Shown: positions 19,251 through 31,223 of the stretch, piece by piece
How positions within the stretch are numbered: position 1 is the first letter of the stretch
Layout of the letters: each line of letters begins with the position of its first letter
DNA from: Candidatus Eiseniibacteriota bacterium
GTDB taxonomy: Bacteria; Eisenbacteria; RBG-16-71-46
NCBI GenBank assembly: GCA_963717935.1
Contig: CAVQXP010000004.1
Location: forward strand, 1,056,001-1,120,000
DNA: 64,000 nt
Reading direction: 5' to 3'
The notes under the pieces: generated by a model
Told to the model about the DNA's origin: nothing
Database searches by the model: none
The model's input: only the letters and a program-made list of their open reading frames with translations
Translations under genes and position numbers: made by a program

Positions 19251-19456
19251 CTCGGCCGGTGGTGTCCGGGCGCGGGCCTGGCCGAGGGGCGAGCGTGGGG
19301 ATGAGACGCCGCCCTTCGGCCGGGCTCGCGCCCCGCCGCAGAGCGTGCGGTCGCCCTCGCGCTGGCCCTTGTCGGCTCCTGCGTCGTAGGCTCGTCCTCC
19401 GCAGGGCCGGTCCGGAGGGATGCCAGGAACGCTTCGGTGGTCGCCGGACGGGCGAG
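19251..19456 (+). ncRNA. candidate structured RNA or long 5' leader, family unassigned
   Basis: 24-bp uninterrupted helix 19268-19291/19310-19333 with three G-U pairs on the + strand. A second multi-stem arm spans 19335-19441, and a closing stem pairs 19256-19262 with 19441-19447. Confidence 0.45.
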
Positions 19457-19470
19457 AGGAGGGGTGAGGG

Positions 19471-21516
19471 ATGAATCCGCGAAGCCTCCGGTTCGGTCTC
19501 GTGCTGGTCGTGCTCGCTGCCGTGGCCCTGCGTCTCTGGCACGTTGCCGCCGACCTGCCTGATTTCCTCGAAGAGGCCATCCCCTTCCGGTTCGCCCTCG
19601 ACCTGTGGTCGTGGACGGGAGGCCCGACCGACTGGAACCCGCACTTCTTCAACTACCCGTCGCTCACCCTCTACCTGCATTTCCTCCTCCAGAAGTCGGG
19701 CTGGATCGTGGCCCATGCGGCCGGTCTCGCCCGCACGCCGGCCGACTGGTTCCTGAACTACCTCGCGGACCCGTCCGGCATGGTGATCCCGGCCCGGATC
19801 GCGCACGTGGCCTTCGACGCGCTGGCGGTGGGGCTCACCGGGCTCGTGGCCGAGCGCCTGCGCCGGGGAGCGGGCGTCCCGGCAGCGCTCCTGGCGGCGC
19901 TCTCGGTCACCCTTCTCACCACCGCGCGCTCGATCAGCACCGACACGGTGATGGGAGCGCTCGCCCTGGGGGCACTCGAGCGCATGCTGGCATGGCGCGA
20001 ACGCGGAGGCGCCCGGCGGCTCGTCACGGCGGTCGTGCTCATCGGCCTCGCGACGGGCGCCAAGTACCCGGCCGCGCTGGTCCTCGTCCCGCTCGCATGG
20101 GTCCTGTGGTCGCGCGACCGGGGCCGCGGTCTCGCGCTCTGGCCGTGGTGCGTGGCGGGGGCGCTCGGCGTCTTCCTGCTCACGACGCCCTACGCGCTCC
20201 TGGACTTCACGGCCTTCCGGCGCGACTTCGGTTTCGAGAGCCTGCACGTGGCGAGCGGGCACCTCGGCCAGGCCACGGGCATCGGGCTTCCGTTCCATGT
20301 CCGCAACCTGCTGCGCGACCTGGGTCCCGTGGGGTTGGCGCTCCTCGGGGCGTCGGCCGCCCTGATGGTTCCGAGGACCACGCGAGCGGTCGCTGTCGCC
20401 GTGTGGCTCTACCTGCTGGTCTTCCTCGGGCCGATTGCGAGCGCGCGCTTCGGGGCCGAGCGCTACCTGGTGCCCGTGGTCCCGGCGGCGGCGGCGCTGG
20501 CTGCGGCCGCCGCGCTCGAGTTGGTCGCGAGGCTTGCTCCGCGCTGGCGTGCCGCGGCCGCGGTCGTGCTGCTGGGTGGCCTGCTCGTCCCGGCGCTCGT
20601 CACGGGAACGCGAATGGCTGCGCGGGGGGGGCGCCTCACCCAGGTCGAGGCGCGGCGCTGGCTGGAGGCCAACCTCTCGCCTCGCGACCTGGTGGTGGAG
20701 GAGGCCTGGGGACCGGGACTCCCCGCAGTCAGCGCGCGGGTGGTGGTGGAGACGAGCCCGATCTTCCGCGCGGCGGGCCCCGAGGCGCGGCGCCGCTATC
20801 TGGAGCGGCCCTGGTTCCACGCTGTGCCGCTGCCGCTCTTCGTCGCCGGGCGCGTGTCGAGCCGCCTGCAGCCTCCGGGTGGGGACGCGGTGGACCTGGA
20901 GGTGTTCCCCGCCGCGGTGGATCTCAACGAGGTCGTCTACGACGGGCGTCTCTTCGGGGGCGTGGACGTCGTCGTGACGAGCAGTGCCGTGCGCGGGCGC
21001 TTCGCGGCCGACCCGGCCCGCTACGCGACTACCTGCGGTTTCTACCGCGTGCTCGACTCGACGGCGACCGTGCTGACGCGCATCGGACCAGACGATCAGC
21101 TCAGCGGGCCCGAGATCGTCGTCTACCGCCTCGGGCCCCGGGCGCACGCGGCGCTCGCGGCCTCGGGCCCGCTCGACCCGCTCTGGTGGGTGGCCGGCGT
21201 GCCGGCCGAGTACCGCCGGCGCGCGACCGGGGTGCTTGGGGCCCCGTGGGACGGCGGCGCGCCACGGTCCGCCCCTGGACAGCCCGCCCCCTGGGTGCGC
21301 AGCCTTGCCGGCGTCTACGACGAGCGGTTGCGCCCGTTCGTCGAGGACATGGTGGTGAACCTCGTGGACATCGGCCGGTTCGATGAGGCCCGGCCCCTTG
21401 CGGAGGCCACGCTCCTGCTGCTCCCGGACGACCCCGTGGCGGGGATGGCCTACGACTTCTGCCTCCGGCACCGGGGGCCCGCCGCCCGCGGGGCGCCGCC
21501 GGGATCCGGGCCGTGA
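19471..21516 (+). CDS. GT39/ArnT-like membrane glycosyltransferase with long C-terminal soluble domain
   Basis: GGAGG upstream. EEA loop after TM1, NPHFFNYPSL, GLATGAKYP, TTPYALLD, ERYLVP. Confidence 0.78.
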   Translation: MNPRSLRFGLVLVVLAAVALRLWHVAADLPDFLEEAIPFRFALDLWSWTGGPTDWNPHFFNYPSLTLYLHFLLQKSGWIVAHAAGLARTPADWFLNYLADPSGMVIPARIAHVAFDALAVGLTGLVAERLRRGAGVPAALLAALSVTLLTTARSISTDTVMGALALGALERMLAWRERGGARRLVTAVVLIGLATGAKYPAALVLVPLAWVLWSRDRGRGLALWPWCVAGALGVFLLTTPYALLDFTAFRRDFGFESLHVASGHLGQATGIGLPFHVRNLLRDLGPVGLALLGASAALMVPRTTRAVAVAVWLYLLVFLGPIASARFGAERYLVPVVPAAAALAAAAALELVARLAPRWRAAAAVVLLGGLLVPALVTGTRMAARGGRLTQVEARRWLEANLSPRDLVVEEAWGPGLPAVSARVVVETSPIFRAAGPEARRRYLERPWFHAVPLPLFVAGRVSSRLQPPGGDAVDLEVFPAAVDLNEVVYDGRLFGGVDVVVTSSAVRGRFAADPARYATTCGFYRVLDSTATVLTRIGPDDQLSGPEIVVYRLGPRAHAALAASGPLDPLWWVAGVPAEYRRRATGVLGAPWDGGAPRSAPGQPAPWVRSLAGVYDERLRPFVEDMVVNLVDIGRFDEARPLAEATLLLLPDDPVAGMAYDFCLRHRGPAARGAPPGSGP

Positions 21517-21668
21517 AGCGCGCCGCCAGCGCCCCGGCGTGCCTGGCGAAGCGGCTGCGGGCGTGCCGCAAGTCCGGGACCGCGGTGGGGCGGACCTGGC
21601 CCTCATCCCCGGCCGCCGGCCGGCCGATAAACCCCTGGGGCGCCGGGAAGGGCGCTGAAGCATCGAGA

Positions 21669-21697
21669 TTGACGCTCCCCGACCCCCATGCTACGGT
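21669..21697 (+). promoter_or_regulatory. sigma70-type promoter of the phoH operon
   Basis: TTGACG-N17-TACGGT with an extended TG. Confidence 0.7.
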
Positions 21698-21768
21698 CGA
21701 TTTGCCGCTGCGAGCAGGCCGGCGGGCCGCGAGGCCGCCGCTCCAGACTCGGAGCGAGCCAACCCACT

Positions 21769-21871
21769 GGACCACAAAAGGTTGACCAAGACCGACCTTA
21801 GTCGCCACGCGGTTCATCACGCTCTTGACCCGACCCGTCCCCGGGCCTTCTTGGTCAGGAGTTTTGTGTCT
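21769..21871 (+). ncRNA. candidate structured element in the phoH leader
   Basis: CACAAAA (21773-79) pairs with TTTTGTG (21862-68), and TGACCAAGA (21783-91) pairs with TCTTGGTCA (21849-57), enclosing short hairpins. Confidence 0.4.
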
Positions 21872-21924
21872 CTCCCGGCCGCGCATCCGGTGGCCGTGGC
21901 ACCCCCTACGGGGAGGCTCCTACC

Positions 21925-23010
21925 GTGATCGTCCGCAAGTTCCCCATCGAGCACCTCGACGCCATCACCCTGCTGGGGCAGAACGACGCCAACGTCAGGC
22001 ATATCGAGCGCGTCCTGCCGGTGCGCATCACGCTGCGCGACGGCACGATCACCGTCTCGGGCGAGGACGCGGCCGTGACCGCGGCCGCGAACACGCTGCA
22101 GCAGCTGGTCGGGCTGGCCGAGCGCGGCAAGGTGGTCGAGGAGGCCGACGTCGCCACGGCGCTGGGTCCCACCGGCAGGAACAGCGGCGGCGCCCGGCTC
22201 GCCGAGGCCTACGAAGGCGCGCCGGGCTACTCGTTCGACCGCCGCGCCGTGCGTCCGCGCTCGCCCACGCAGGCCGAGTACATGAAGGCGCTCGAGGAGT
22301 TCGACGTCGTCTTCGGCATCGGCCCCGCGGGCACGGGCAAGACCTACCTGGCGGTGGCGGCGGCCGTGAACGCGCTGCGCCGGAAGAACGTGGACCGCAT
22401 CGTGCTGGTACGGCCGGCGGTCGAGGCGGGGGAGAACCTCGGCTTCCTCCCCGGCGACATGCAGGAGAAGGTGGACCCCTACCTGCGCCCGATGTACGAC
22501 GCGCTCTCGGACATGATGTCGTACGACAAGATGCGCCGCTACATCGAGCTCGGCGTGATCGAGATCGCGCCGCTGGCGTTCATGCGCGGCCGCACGCTGC
22601 ACAACTCGTTCGTCATCCTCGACGAGGCGCAGAACACGACCGTGCGGCAGATGAAGATGTTCCTGACGCGTCTGGGCGTGAACTCGAAGGCGGTGGTGAC
22701 GGGCGACGTCACGCAGATCGACCTGAAGAGCCCGGAGGCCTCAGGCCTGGTGCGCATCCAGTCCATCCTCGGTGGCGTGCCGGGGATGAAGTTCGTCTAC
22801 TTCCATCCCGAGGACGTGGTGCGCCACCGGCTGGTGCGCGATATCCTGCAGGCCTTCGACCTGTACCATGCCCGGGTGAACGGCAAGGAGGAGGACGGCG
22901 TGGGCGAGACCCTCGAGCCTGGATCGGAGAACCCCGGACCGGCGGACGGCCCGTCACCGGTTCCCGCGACCGACGACCCCGCCGCGCCCGGGCGCGGTCC
23001 TTCGCGCTGA
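21925..23010 (+). CDS. phoH: PhoH-family ATPase (YbeZ-type)
   Basis: GPAGTGKT, RPAVEAGENLGFLPG, PLAFMRGRT, DEAQN, GDVTQID, VVRHRLV. Confidence 0.95.
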   Translation: MIVRKFPIEHLDAITLLGQNDANVRHIERVLPVRITLRDGTITVSGEDAAVTAAANTLQQLVGLAERGKVVEEADVATALGPTGRNSGGARLAEAYEGAPGYSFDRRAVRPRSPTQAEYMKALEEFDVVFGIGPAGTGKTYLAVAAAVNALRRKNVDRIVLVRPAVEAGENLGFLPGDMQEKVDPYLRPMYDALSDMMSYDKMRRYIELGVIEIAPLAFMRGRTLHNSFVILDEAQNTTVRQMKMFLTRLGVNSKAVVTGDVTQIDLKSPEASGLVRIQSILGGVPGMKFVYFHPEDVVRHRLVRDILQAFDLYHARVNGKEEDGVGETLEPGSENPGPADGPSPVPATDDPAAPGRGPSR

Positions 23011-23029
23011 GTCCCAATCAGCCGCCGCC

Positions 23030-25237
23030 ATGACCATCCAGGAACAGCCCGCCCTGCCCGCACTGCCCGACCGGGTCCGCCGCTTCCGCTGGGGTTACTT
23101 CGGCGTGCGCCTGCTGCTGGTCGTGACGCTGCTCGCGCTCGCCGCGCTCCTGCCCGGCGTGCGGCACGGCGGCGACCGCTTCCACTATCGCGAGGGCGAC
23201 ATCGCGCGCGAGCGCGTCGTGGCCCCGTACGATTTCCGCGTCGAGAAGGACGAAGCCACGCTGCGCCGCGAACAGGCGCAGGCCGCCGCGGCCGTGCCGC
23301 CCGTGTTCGTGGTGGACACGCGGGTCTCGACCGAGATGCTGGCACGTCTGGCGGCGTTTCAGGAGAAGGTGCTCGGCGTGGTGCTCTCGCCCGGCATCAA
23401 GCCCGCCGACCGCGCGAGCCGCGTGCGCTCGCTGGGCGTGCCGCTGAGCGAGGAGAGCGCCGTCGCGCTCTCCTCGCCCGGGCGCGCGCGCCGGGCCCTG
23501 CGCGAGCTGGGGGGCTGGCTCAACGACCTCTACCGCGCCGGCGTGGTGGCCGAGAAGCGCAACGGGACGGTGCAGGACGGCCTCTCGATCCAGCTGCGCG
23601 ACGGCGAGTCGGAGGCGCCGCACTCGGTGAGCCTGCTCTACGACCGGCGCGAGGGGCTGGCGCTCATCGATCACCGCGCCCGGAGCGCCTTCCCGGACGA
23701 CCCGCGCGGCGTGCGGCTCGTGACCGAGCTGGCCGGGCCGTTCCTGCAGGCCAACATCGTCCCCGACCGGGCGGAGACCGAGTGGCGCCGCGTGCAGGCG
23801 CAGGGGGCGGTGCCCGCGCTGCTGGGCTTCGTCAAGAAGGACGAGCTCATCGTGGACGCCAACCAGATGTTCACGCGCGAGGTGCTCAGCCGGCTGCGCT
23901 CGCTCGAGAACCTCGAGGCCGCGCGGCGGGAGCCGCGCGAGCTGCTCTACCCGCCGCTGGCGCGCGCGCTGCTGATGCTGCTCTTCATGGCCGCCTTCGT
24001 GACCTACCTGCGCATGGAGCTGCCGGCGGTCTACCGCGACAATGCCATGCTCGCGTTGTTCGCGCTGCTCACCGTGGTGGTGGTGGCCGCTGCCGAATCG
24101 ATGGTCGGCGTGTTTGGTCTCCCGGTGCTGGCCGTGCCGCTGGCGGCGGCGCCGCTCGTGACCGCCTCGGTGCTCGAGAAGCGCCCGGCCGTGGTGTTCA
24201 CGCTCATGCTGGCGGTGGTGGTGACCGCGGTGAGCGAGCTCAAGGCGCCGTTCGTGGCGATGGCGGTGATGGGCGGCGTGACCGCGGTCTATTCGGTGGT
24301 GCGGTTGCGTCACCGCTGGCACTTCGCGGTGGCCTCGTTCGCCATCGCCTTCGCGAACCTGTTCGCCATCCTGACCTGGGACCTGGGGCGGCAGCCCAAG
24401 CCCGAACTGCTGGCGCAGGACGCTCTCTGGGGCGTGGTCAACGCCCTGTTCTCGGTGGCGCTCGCGTTCCTGATGCTGCCGGTGGCCGAGCATCTGTTCG
24501 GGCTCACCTCGGACATCACGCTGCTCGAGTTGTCGGATCTGAACCGGCCGCTGCTGAAGCGGTTGCAGCTCGAGGCGCCCGGCACCTACCACCACAGCAT
24601 GGTGGTCGGCAGTCTGGCGGAGCGTGCGGCCGAGGCCATCGGCGCCAACTCGCTGCTGGCGCGCGTCTCGGCCTACTACCACGACATCGGCAAGCTGTCG
24701 AAGCCCGAGTACTTCAACGAGAACATCCCGCCCCACGTGCGCAACCCTCACGAGAAGCTCTCGCCCAACATGAGCATCCTGGTGGTGCGCTCGCATCTGA
24801 ACGAGGGCCTCGAGCTGGCCCGCCGCGAGCATCTGCCGCGCGCTGTGCGCGCCGCCGTCCCCGAGCACCACGGCACCATGACGATGGCCTATTTCTACGC
24901 CAAGGCGCTCGAGCTGGACCCGGGGGCGCGGCGCGAGGACTTCTCTTACCCTGGCCCCAAGCCGCGCTCGCGCGAGACCGCCATCCTGATGCTCGCCGAC
25001 GGCATCGAGGGCGCCTCGCGCGCTCTCTCGGAACCGACCCCGAGCCGCATCCGCGGCCTCGTGACGCGCAACATCGACGAACGCGTGCAGCAGGGGCAAC
25101 TCGACGAGTGCGGGCTGACGCTGCAGGAGCTGGCGAAGATCCGCGAGGCCTTCATCCCGGTGCTGACCGCCACCTTCCACGTGCGGGTCAAGTACCCGGA
25201 CCTCCCGCGCCCCGCCGATGCCCGTCTCCGTCGTTAG
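23030..25237 (+). CDS. 7TM-HD (HDIG) phosphohydrolase, PgpH/YqfF-like c-di-AMP phosphodiesterase candidate
   Basis: N-terminal TM, extracellular domain and 7TM region, then APGTYHHS, YYHDIGK, YFNEN, EHHGT, YPGPKP, MLAD. Confidence 0.88.
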   Translation: MTIQEQPALPALPDRVRRFRWGYFGVRLLLVVTLLALAALLPGVRHGGDRFHYREGDIARERVVAPYDFRVEKDEATLRREQAQAAAAVPPVFVVDTRVSTEMLARLAAFQEKVLGVVLSPGIKPADRASRVRSLGVPLSEESAVALSSPGRARRALRELGGWLNDLYRAGVVAEKRNGTVQDGLSIQLRDGESEAPHSVSLLYDRREGLALIDHRARSAFPDDPRGVRLVTELAGPFLQANIVPDRAETEWRRVQAQGAVPALLGFVKKDELIVDANQMFTREVLSRLRSLENLEAARREPRELLYPPLARALLMLLFMAAFVTYLRMELPAVYRDNAMLALFALLTVVVVAAAESMVGVFGLPVLAVPLAAAPLVTASVLEKRPAVVFTLMLAVVVTAVSELKAPFVAMAVMGGVTAVYSVVRLRHRWHFAVASFAIAFANLFAILTWDLGRQPKPELLAQDALWGVVNALFSVALAFLMLPVAEHLFGLTSDITLLELSDLNRPLLKRLQLEAPGTYHHSMVVGSLAERAAEAIGANSLLARVSAYYHDIGKLSKPEYFNENIPPHVRNPHEKLSPNMSILVVRSHLNEGLELARREHLPRAVRAAVPEHHGTMTMAYFYAKALELDPGARREDFSYPGPKPRSRETAILMLADGIEGASRALSEPTPSRIRGLVTRNIDERVQQGQLDECGLTLQELAKIREAFIPVLTATFHVRVKYPDLPRPADARLRR

Positions 25238-25688
25238 CCCGCGCGGGCTCACGGGCGTGGCCGTGCCGCTGCGCGCCGCCGTGCTGGCGGCGCTGGCGCT
25301 CGAGGGTCGCAGGCCCGGCGAGGTCGCGGTGGTGCTCGCCGACGACGCGAAGCTGCGCGACCTGAATCGGCAGTGGCGCGGCCTCGACCGCGCGACCGAC
25401 GTGCTCTCGTTCGGCTACGACGACGGCGCGGGGGACGTCGTGGACGGCGACATCGTGGTCTCGCTCGAGCGCGTGCGCGAGCAGGCGAAGCGGTTCCGCG
25501 TGAGCCCGGGCCGGGAGCTGGCCCGCGTGGTGCTCCACGGGGCGTTCCACCTGGCGGGGCTCGACCACCAGGGCGGTGCCGAGCGCCGGCGCATGCGCGC
25601 CCGCGAGGACCGGGTCCTGCGCGCCGCCCGCGAGGCGATCGCGGATCTGGATGCGGCGCTGAAGCGGCAGGCGGCCGCGAGGGGCTGA
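25218..25688 (+). CDS. ybeY: rRNA maturation endoribonuclease YbeY
   Basis: LNRQWRGLDRATDVLSF, GDIVVS, HGAFHLAGLDH (H-x3-H-x5-H). Confidence 0.93.
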   Translation: MPVSVVSPRGLTGVAVPLRAAVLAALALEGRRPGEVAVVLADDAKLRDLNRQWRGLDRATDVLSFGYDDGAGDVVDGDIVVSLERVREQAKRFRVSPGRELARVVLHGAFHLAGLDHQGGAERRRMRAREDRVLRAAREAIADLDAALKRQAAARG

Positions 25689-25787
25689 AGCGGAGCCAGG
25701 CCCCGCCGCCACCACTACCGCCGACCGTCCGGCAGCGGCGCCCCCGCCGGGTTGACCGCGACGGGTCCATCGTAGACTCTCCCGAGC

Positions 25788-26498
25788 ATGGATACGCCGC
25801 AGATCGAGCCTCCGCGCCGTTTCACGGCCGCCGGGCGGCTGCGCAACTACCTCATCGCGGGCCTGCTCGCGCTCGCGCCCACGGCCATCACGCTGTGGGT
25901 GCTCGTCGTGCTCCTCAACTGGACGGACAACCTGCTCGGGCGCTACCTGCGCTTCCATGTGCTCGGCGACCATCGCATCCCCGGGCTGGGCCTGGTGGCC
26001 ACGTTCGTCCTGCTGCTCATCGTGGGCTGGCTGGTCACCGTCATCGGCCGCTGGCTGGGCGGCCGGCCGATGCTCAGCATGTGGGACCATCTCCTGAGCC
26101 GCATCCCCGGCGTGGGCCTCCTCTACGGCTCGACCAAGTCCTTCGGCGAGGCGTTCTTCATGGGCCGGGAGAGCACGTTCAAGCAGGTGGTGCTGGTGCC
26201 CTGGCCCTCGCCCGGGATCTACCGCATCGGCTTCATCGCGGCGCGCCCGGGCCCGGCCGTGCGCCGGCACCTCGGGGACGACGTCGAGGTCGTGTTCATG
26301 CCGCACACGCCGAACCCGGCCTCCGGCTTCGTCCACTACGTGCCGCGCGCCCAACTCATCTACCTCGACTGGGCGGTGGAGGACGGGCTCAAGGTCATCG
26401 TCTCGGGCGGCGTGCTGCAGCCGGGCGAGTTCGCCGCGGCGGTCGCCCGCGACGCCGCGCCCGCCCCGCCCCAGGAGAGCCCCGGTGGCGCTCGCTAG
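25788..26498 (+). CDS. DUF502-family membrane protein
   Basis: LIAGLLALAP, RIPGVGLLY, FKQVVLV, VFMPHTPNPASGF, KVIVSGG. Confidence 0.88.
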   Translation: MDTPQIEPPRRFTAAGRLRNYLIAGLLALAPTAITLWVLVVLLNWTDNLLGRYLRFHVLGDHRIPGLGLVATFVLLLIVGWLVTVIGRWLGGRPMLSMWDHLLSRIPGVGLLYGSTKSFGEAFFMGRESTFKQVVLVPWPSPGIYRIGFIAARPGPAVRRHLGDDVEVVFMPHTPNPASGFVHYVPRAQLIYLDWAVEDGLKVIVSGGVLQPGEFAAAVARDAAPAPPQESPGGAR

Positions 26499-27261
26499 CG
26501 CCGAGGGGGTCGTCCTCAAGACGCACGCGCTCGGCGACACGAGCCGCATCGTCGTGGTCTACACGCGCGAGCACGGCATGGTGCGCCTGGTGGCGAAGGG
26601 CGCGCGGAAGACGCCGAGCCGGTTCGGCTACGCGCTCGAGCCGCTCTCGCGCGGGCGCTACGTCTACTACTACAAGCCCGACCGCGACCTGCACCTGCTG
26701 TCGCAGGCGGACACGCTTGCGGCGACCGGCAGCCGGCTCACGGACCTCACGCGGCTCGCGCACGCCGAGGCGGCGCTCGAGCTCATCGACCGGCTGGTGT
26801 GGGGCGAGGAGCCGCACGCGGAGCTCTACGACCTGCTCGTGCGGGTGCTCGAGGCCGTGGTCGTGGCGCCCGAGGCGGCTCTGTCCGCCATCACCATCGC
26901 CTTCGAGCTGCAGGTGGCGAGCCTGCTCGGCTACCGCCCGCGGCTCGACGCCTGCGCCCAGTGCGCCAGCCCGCTCTCGCACGAGCTCCTGTTCTCGCCC
27001 GCGCGCGGCGGCATGCTCTGCGACTGCTGCGCCGCCGGGGGCGGCGTGGTGAAGCTCTCGGCCGATGCGCTGGCCGGGCTCTCGCTGCTGCTCTCGCGCC
27101 CGGTGGGCGAGGCGGGCGACTACGTCGAGGTGAAGCGTGCGGGCGAGATCCTGTGCGTCATCGAAGCCTTCCTGCGTCACCACTTCCACCGCTTCCAGGG
27201 CCTGCGCTCGCTCGAGTTGCTGCGCGCGCTGCAGGGCCCCGGCTCTTCGGAGGCTGCCTGA
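26485..27261 (+). CDS. recO: DNA repair protein RecO
   Basis: N-terminal OB fold (EGVVLK...DTSRIV...AKGARK), [13 protein letters not shown]...GGMLCDCC zinc finger. Confidence 0.9.
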   Translation: MALASAEGVVLKTHALGDTSRIVVVYTREHGMVRLVAKGARKTPSRFGYALEPLSRGRYVYYYKPDRDLHLLSQADTLAATGSRLTDLTRLAHAEAALELIDRLVWGEEPHAELYDLLVRVLEAVVVAPEAALSAITIAFELQVASLLGYRPRLDACAQCASPLSHELLFSPARGGMLCDCCAAGGGVVKLSADALAGLSLLLSRPVGEAGDYVEVKRAGEILCVIEAFLRHHFHRFQGLRSLELLRALQGPGSSEAA

Positions 27262-28279
27262 TGGCCCTTGAGCCCGCCCGCTCGCTGCAGGAGATGATGC
27301 TCGCGCTCGAGACGTACTGGGCCGAGCGGGGCTGCACCATCCAGCAGCCCTATCCGTCCGAGGTCGGCGCCGGAACCTTCAACCCGGCGACCTTCCTGCG
27401 CTCGCTCGGTCCCGAGCCCTGGCGTGTCGCCTACGTCGAGCCCTCGCGCCGTCCCAAGGACGGGCGCTACGGCGAGAACCCGAATCGCTTCCAGCAGTTC
27501 TTCCAGTACCAGGTGCTGCTGAAGCCCTCGCCGATCGACGTGGTCGAGCAGTACTTCGACTCGCTGCGCGCGCTCGGCATCGACCCCGTGGAGCACGACC
27601 TCCGGCTGGTCGAGGACGACTGGGAGTCGCCGACGCTGGGCGCGGCGGGCGTGGGCTGGCAGGTGTGGATGGACGGCCAGGAGATCTCGCAGTTCACCTA
27701 CTTCCAGCAGTGCGGCGGCATCGAGCTGCCCGTGGTCTCGGCCGAGCTGACCTACGGCCTCGACCGCATCGGCATGATGCTGCAGGGCACCGACCGCGCG
27801 CAGGATCTGGTGTGGTCACCGGGACGCCGCGACGACGGCGGGCGCGTCCTGGCGGACGCGGTCAGCTGGGGCGATCTGTGGCTGCGCAACGAGTGGGAGT
27901 GGTCGCACTACAACTTCGAGCAGGCGCCGGTGGACGCCTGGTTCGAGATGTTCAAGATCTGGGAGGGCGAGGCCGTCCGGCTGCTCGACCTCAGGCTGGT
28001 GAACCCCGGCTACGATGCGGTCATCAAGTGCTCGCACGCCTTCAACCTGCTGGACGCGCGTGGCGCGATCTCGGTGAGCGAGCGTGTCGGCTACATCGGG
28101 CGGGTGCGCAAGCTGGCGCGCAGGGCCGCGGTGGCCTACACGAAGCTGCGCGAGGAGCTGGGCTACCCGCTCATCAAGGACGAAGTGGAGCGCGCGAAGT
28201 GGGTGAAGCCGGCGGAGGCGGAGGCCGGCACCGGGGACGTGCCGAAGCCGGCGAAGAAGAGCCGGAAGGAGACCCGGTC

Positions 28280-28283
<4 letters not shown>
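27261..28283 (+). CDS. glyQ: glycine--tRNA ligase alpha subunit
   Basis: [59 protein letters not shown] overlap with recO. Confidence 0.96.
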
Positions 28284-31131
<2,848 letters not shown>

Positions 31132-31223
31132 CCGGGACGCCTCCTCCGGCCGACCCCCACGGGACGCCCGATGCCCCTCCAGCGCCACGTCTGCGCTCGT
31201 CCCGGGCATGGAGAGGTCGTGTG

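Noticed and set aside
19403..19427. SRP RNA helix-8-like sequence GGCCGGTCCGGAGGGATGCCAGG
   Set aside because: The loop is GGAG rather than GNRA, and the conserved CAGG/AGCA internal loop is not intact. An Rfam scan would settle it.
17695..21663. 1322-aa minus-strand ORF
   Set aside because: Only the last 493 aa (from ATG 19176 with an SD) form the M28 peptidase. The remainder is an antisense shadow of the GT gene caused by high GC.
21700..21925. T-box, c-di-AMP (ydaO) riboswitch, 6S RNA or retron ncRNA in the phoH leader
   Set aside because: No T-box GGTGGNACC, no recognisable ydaO consensus, no 6S-like central bubble, and no reverse transcriptase nearby.
25752..25778. Internal promoter TTGACC-N15-TAGACT before DUF502
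   Set aside because: The 15-nt spacer is too short for a confident call.
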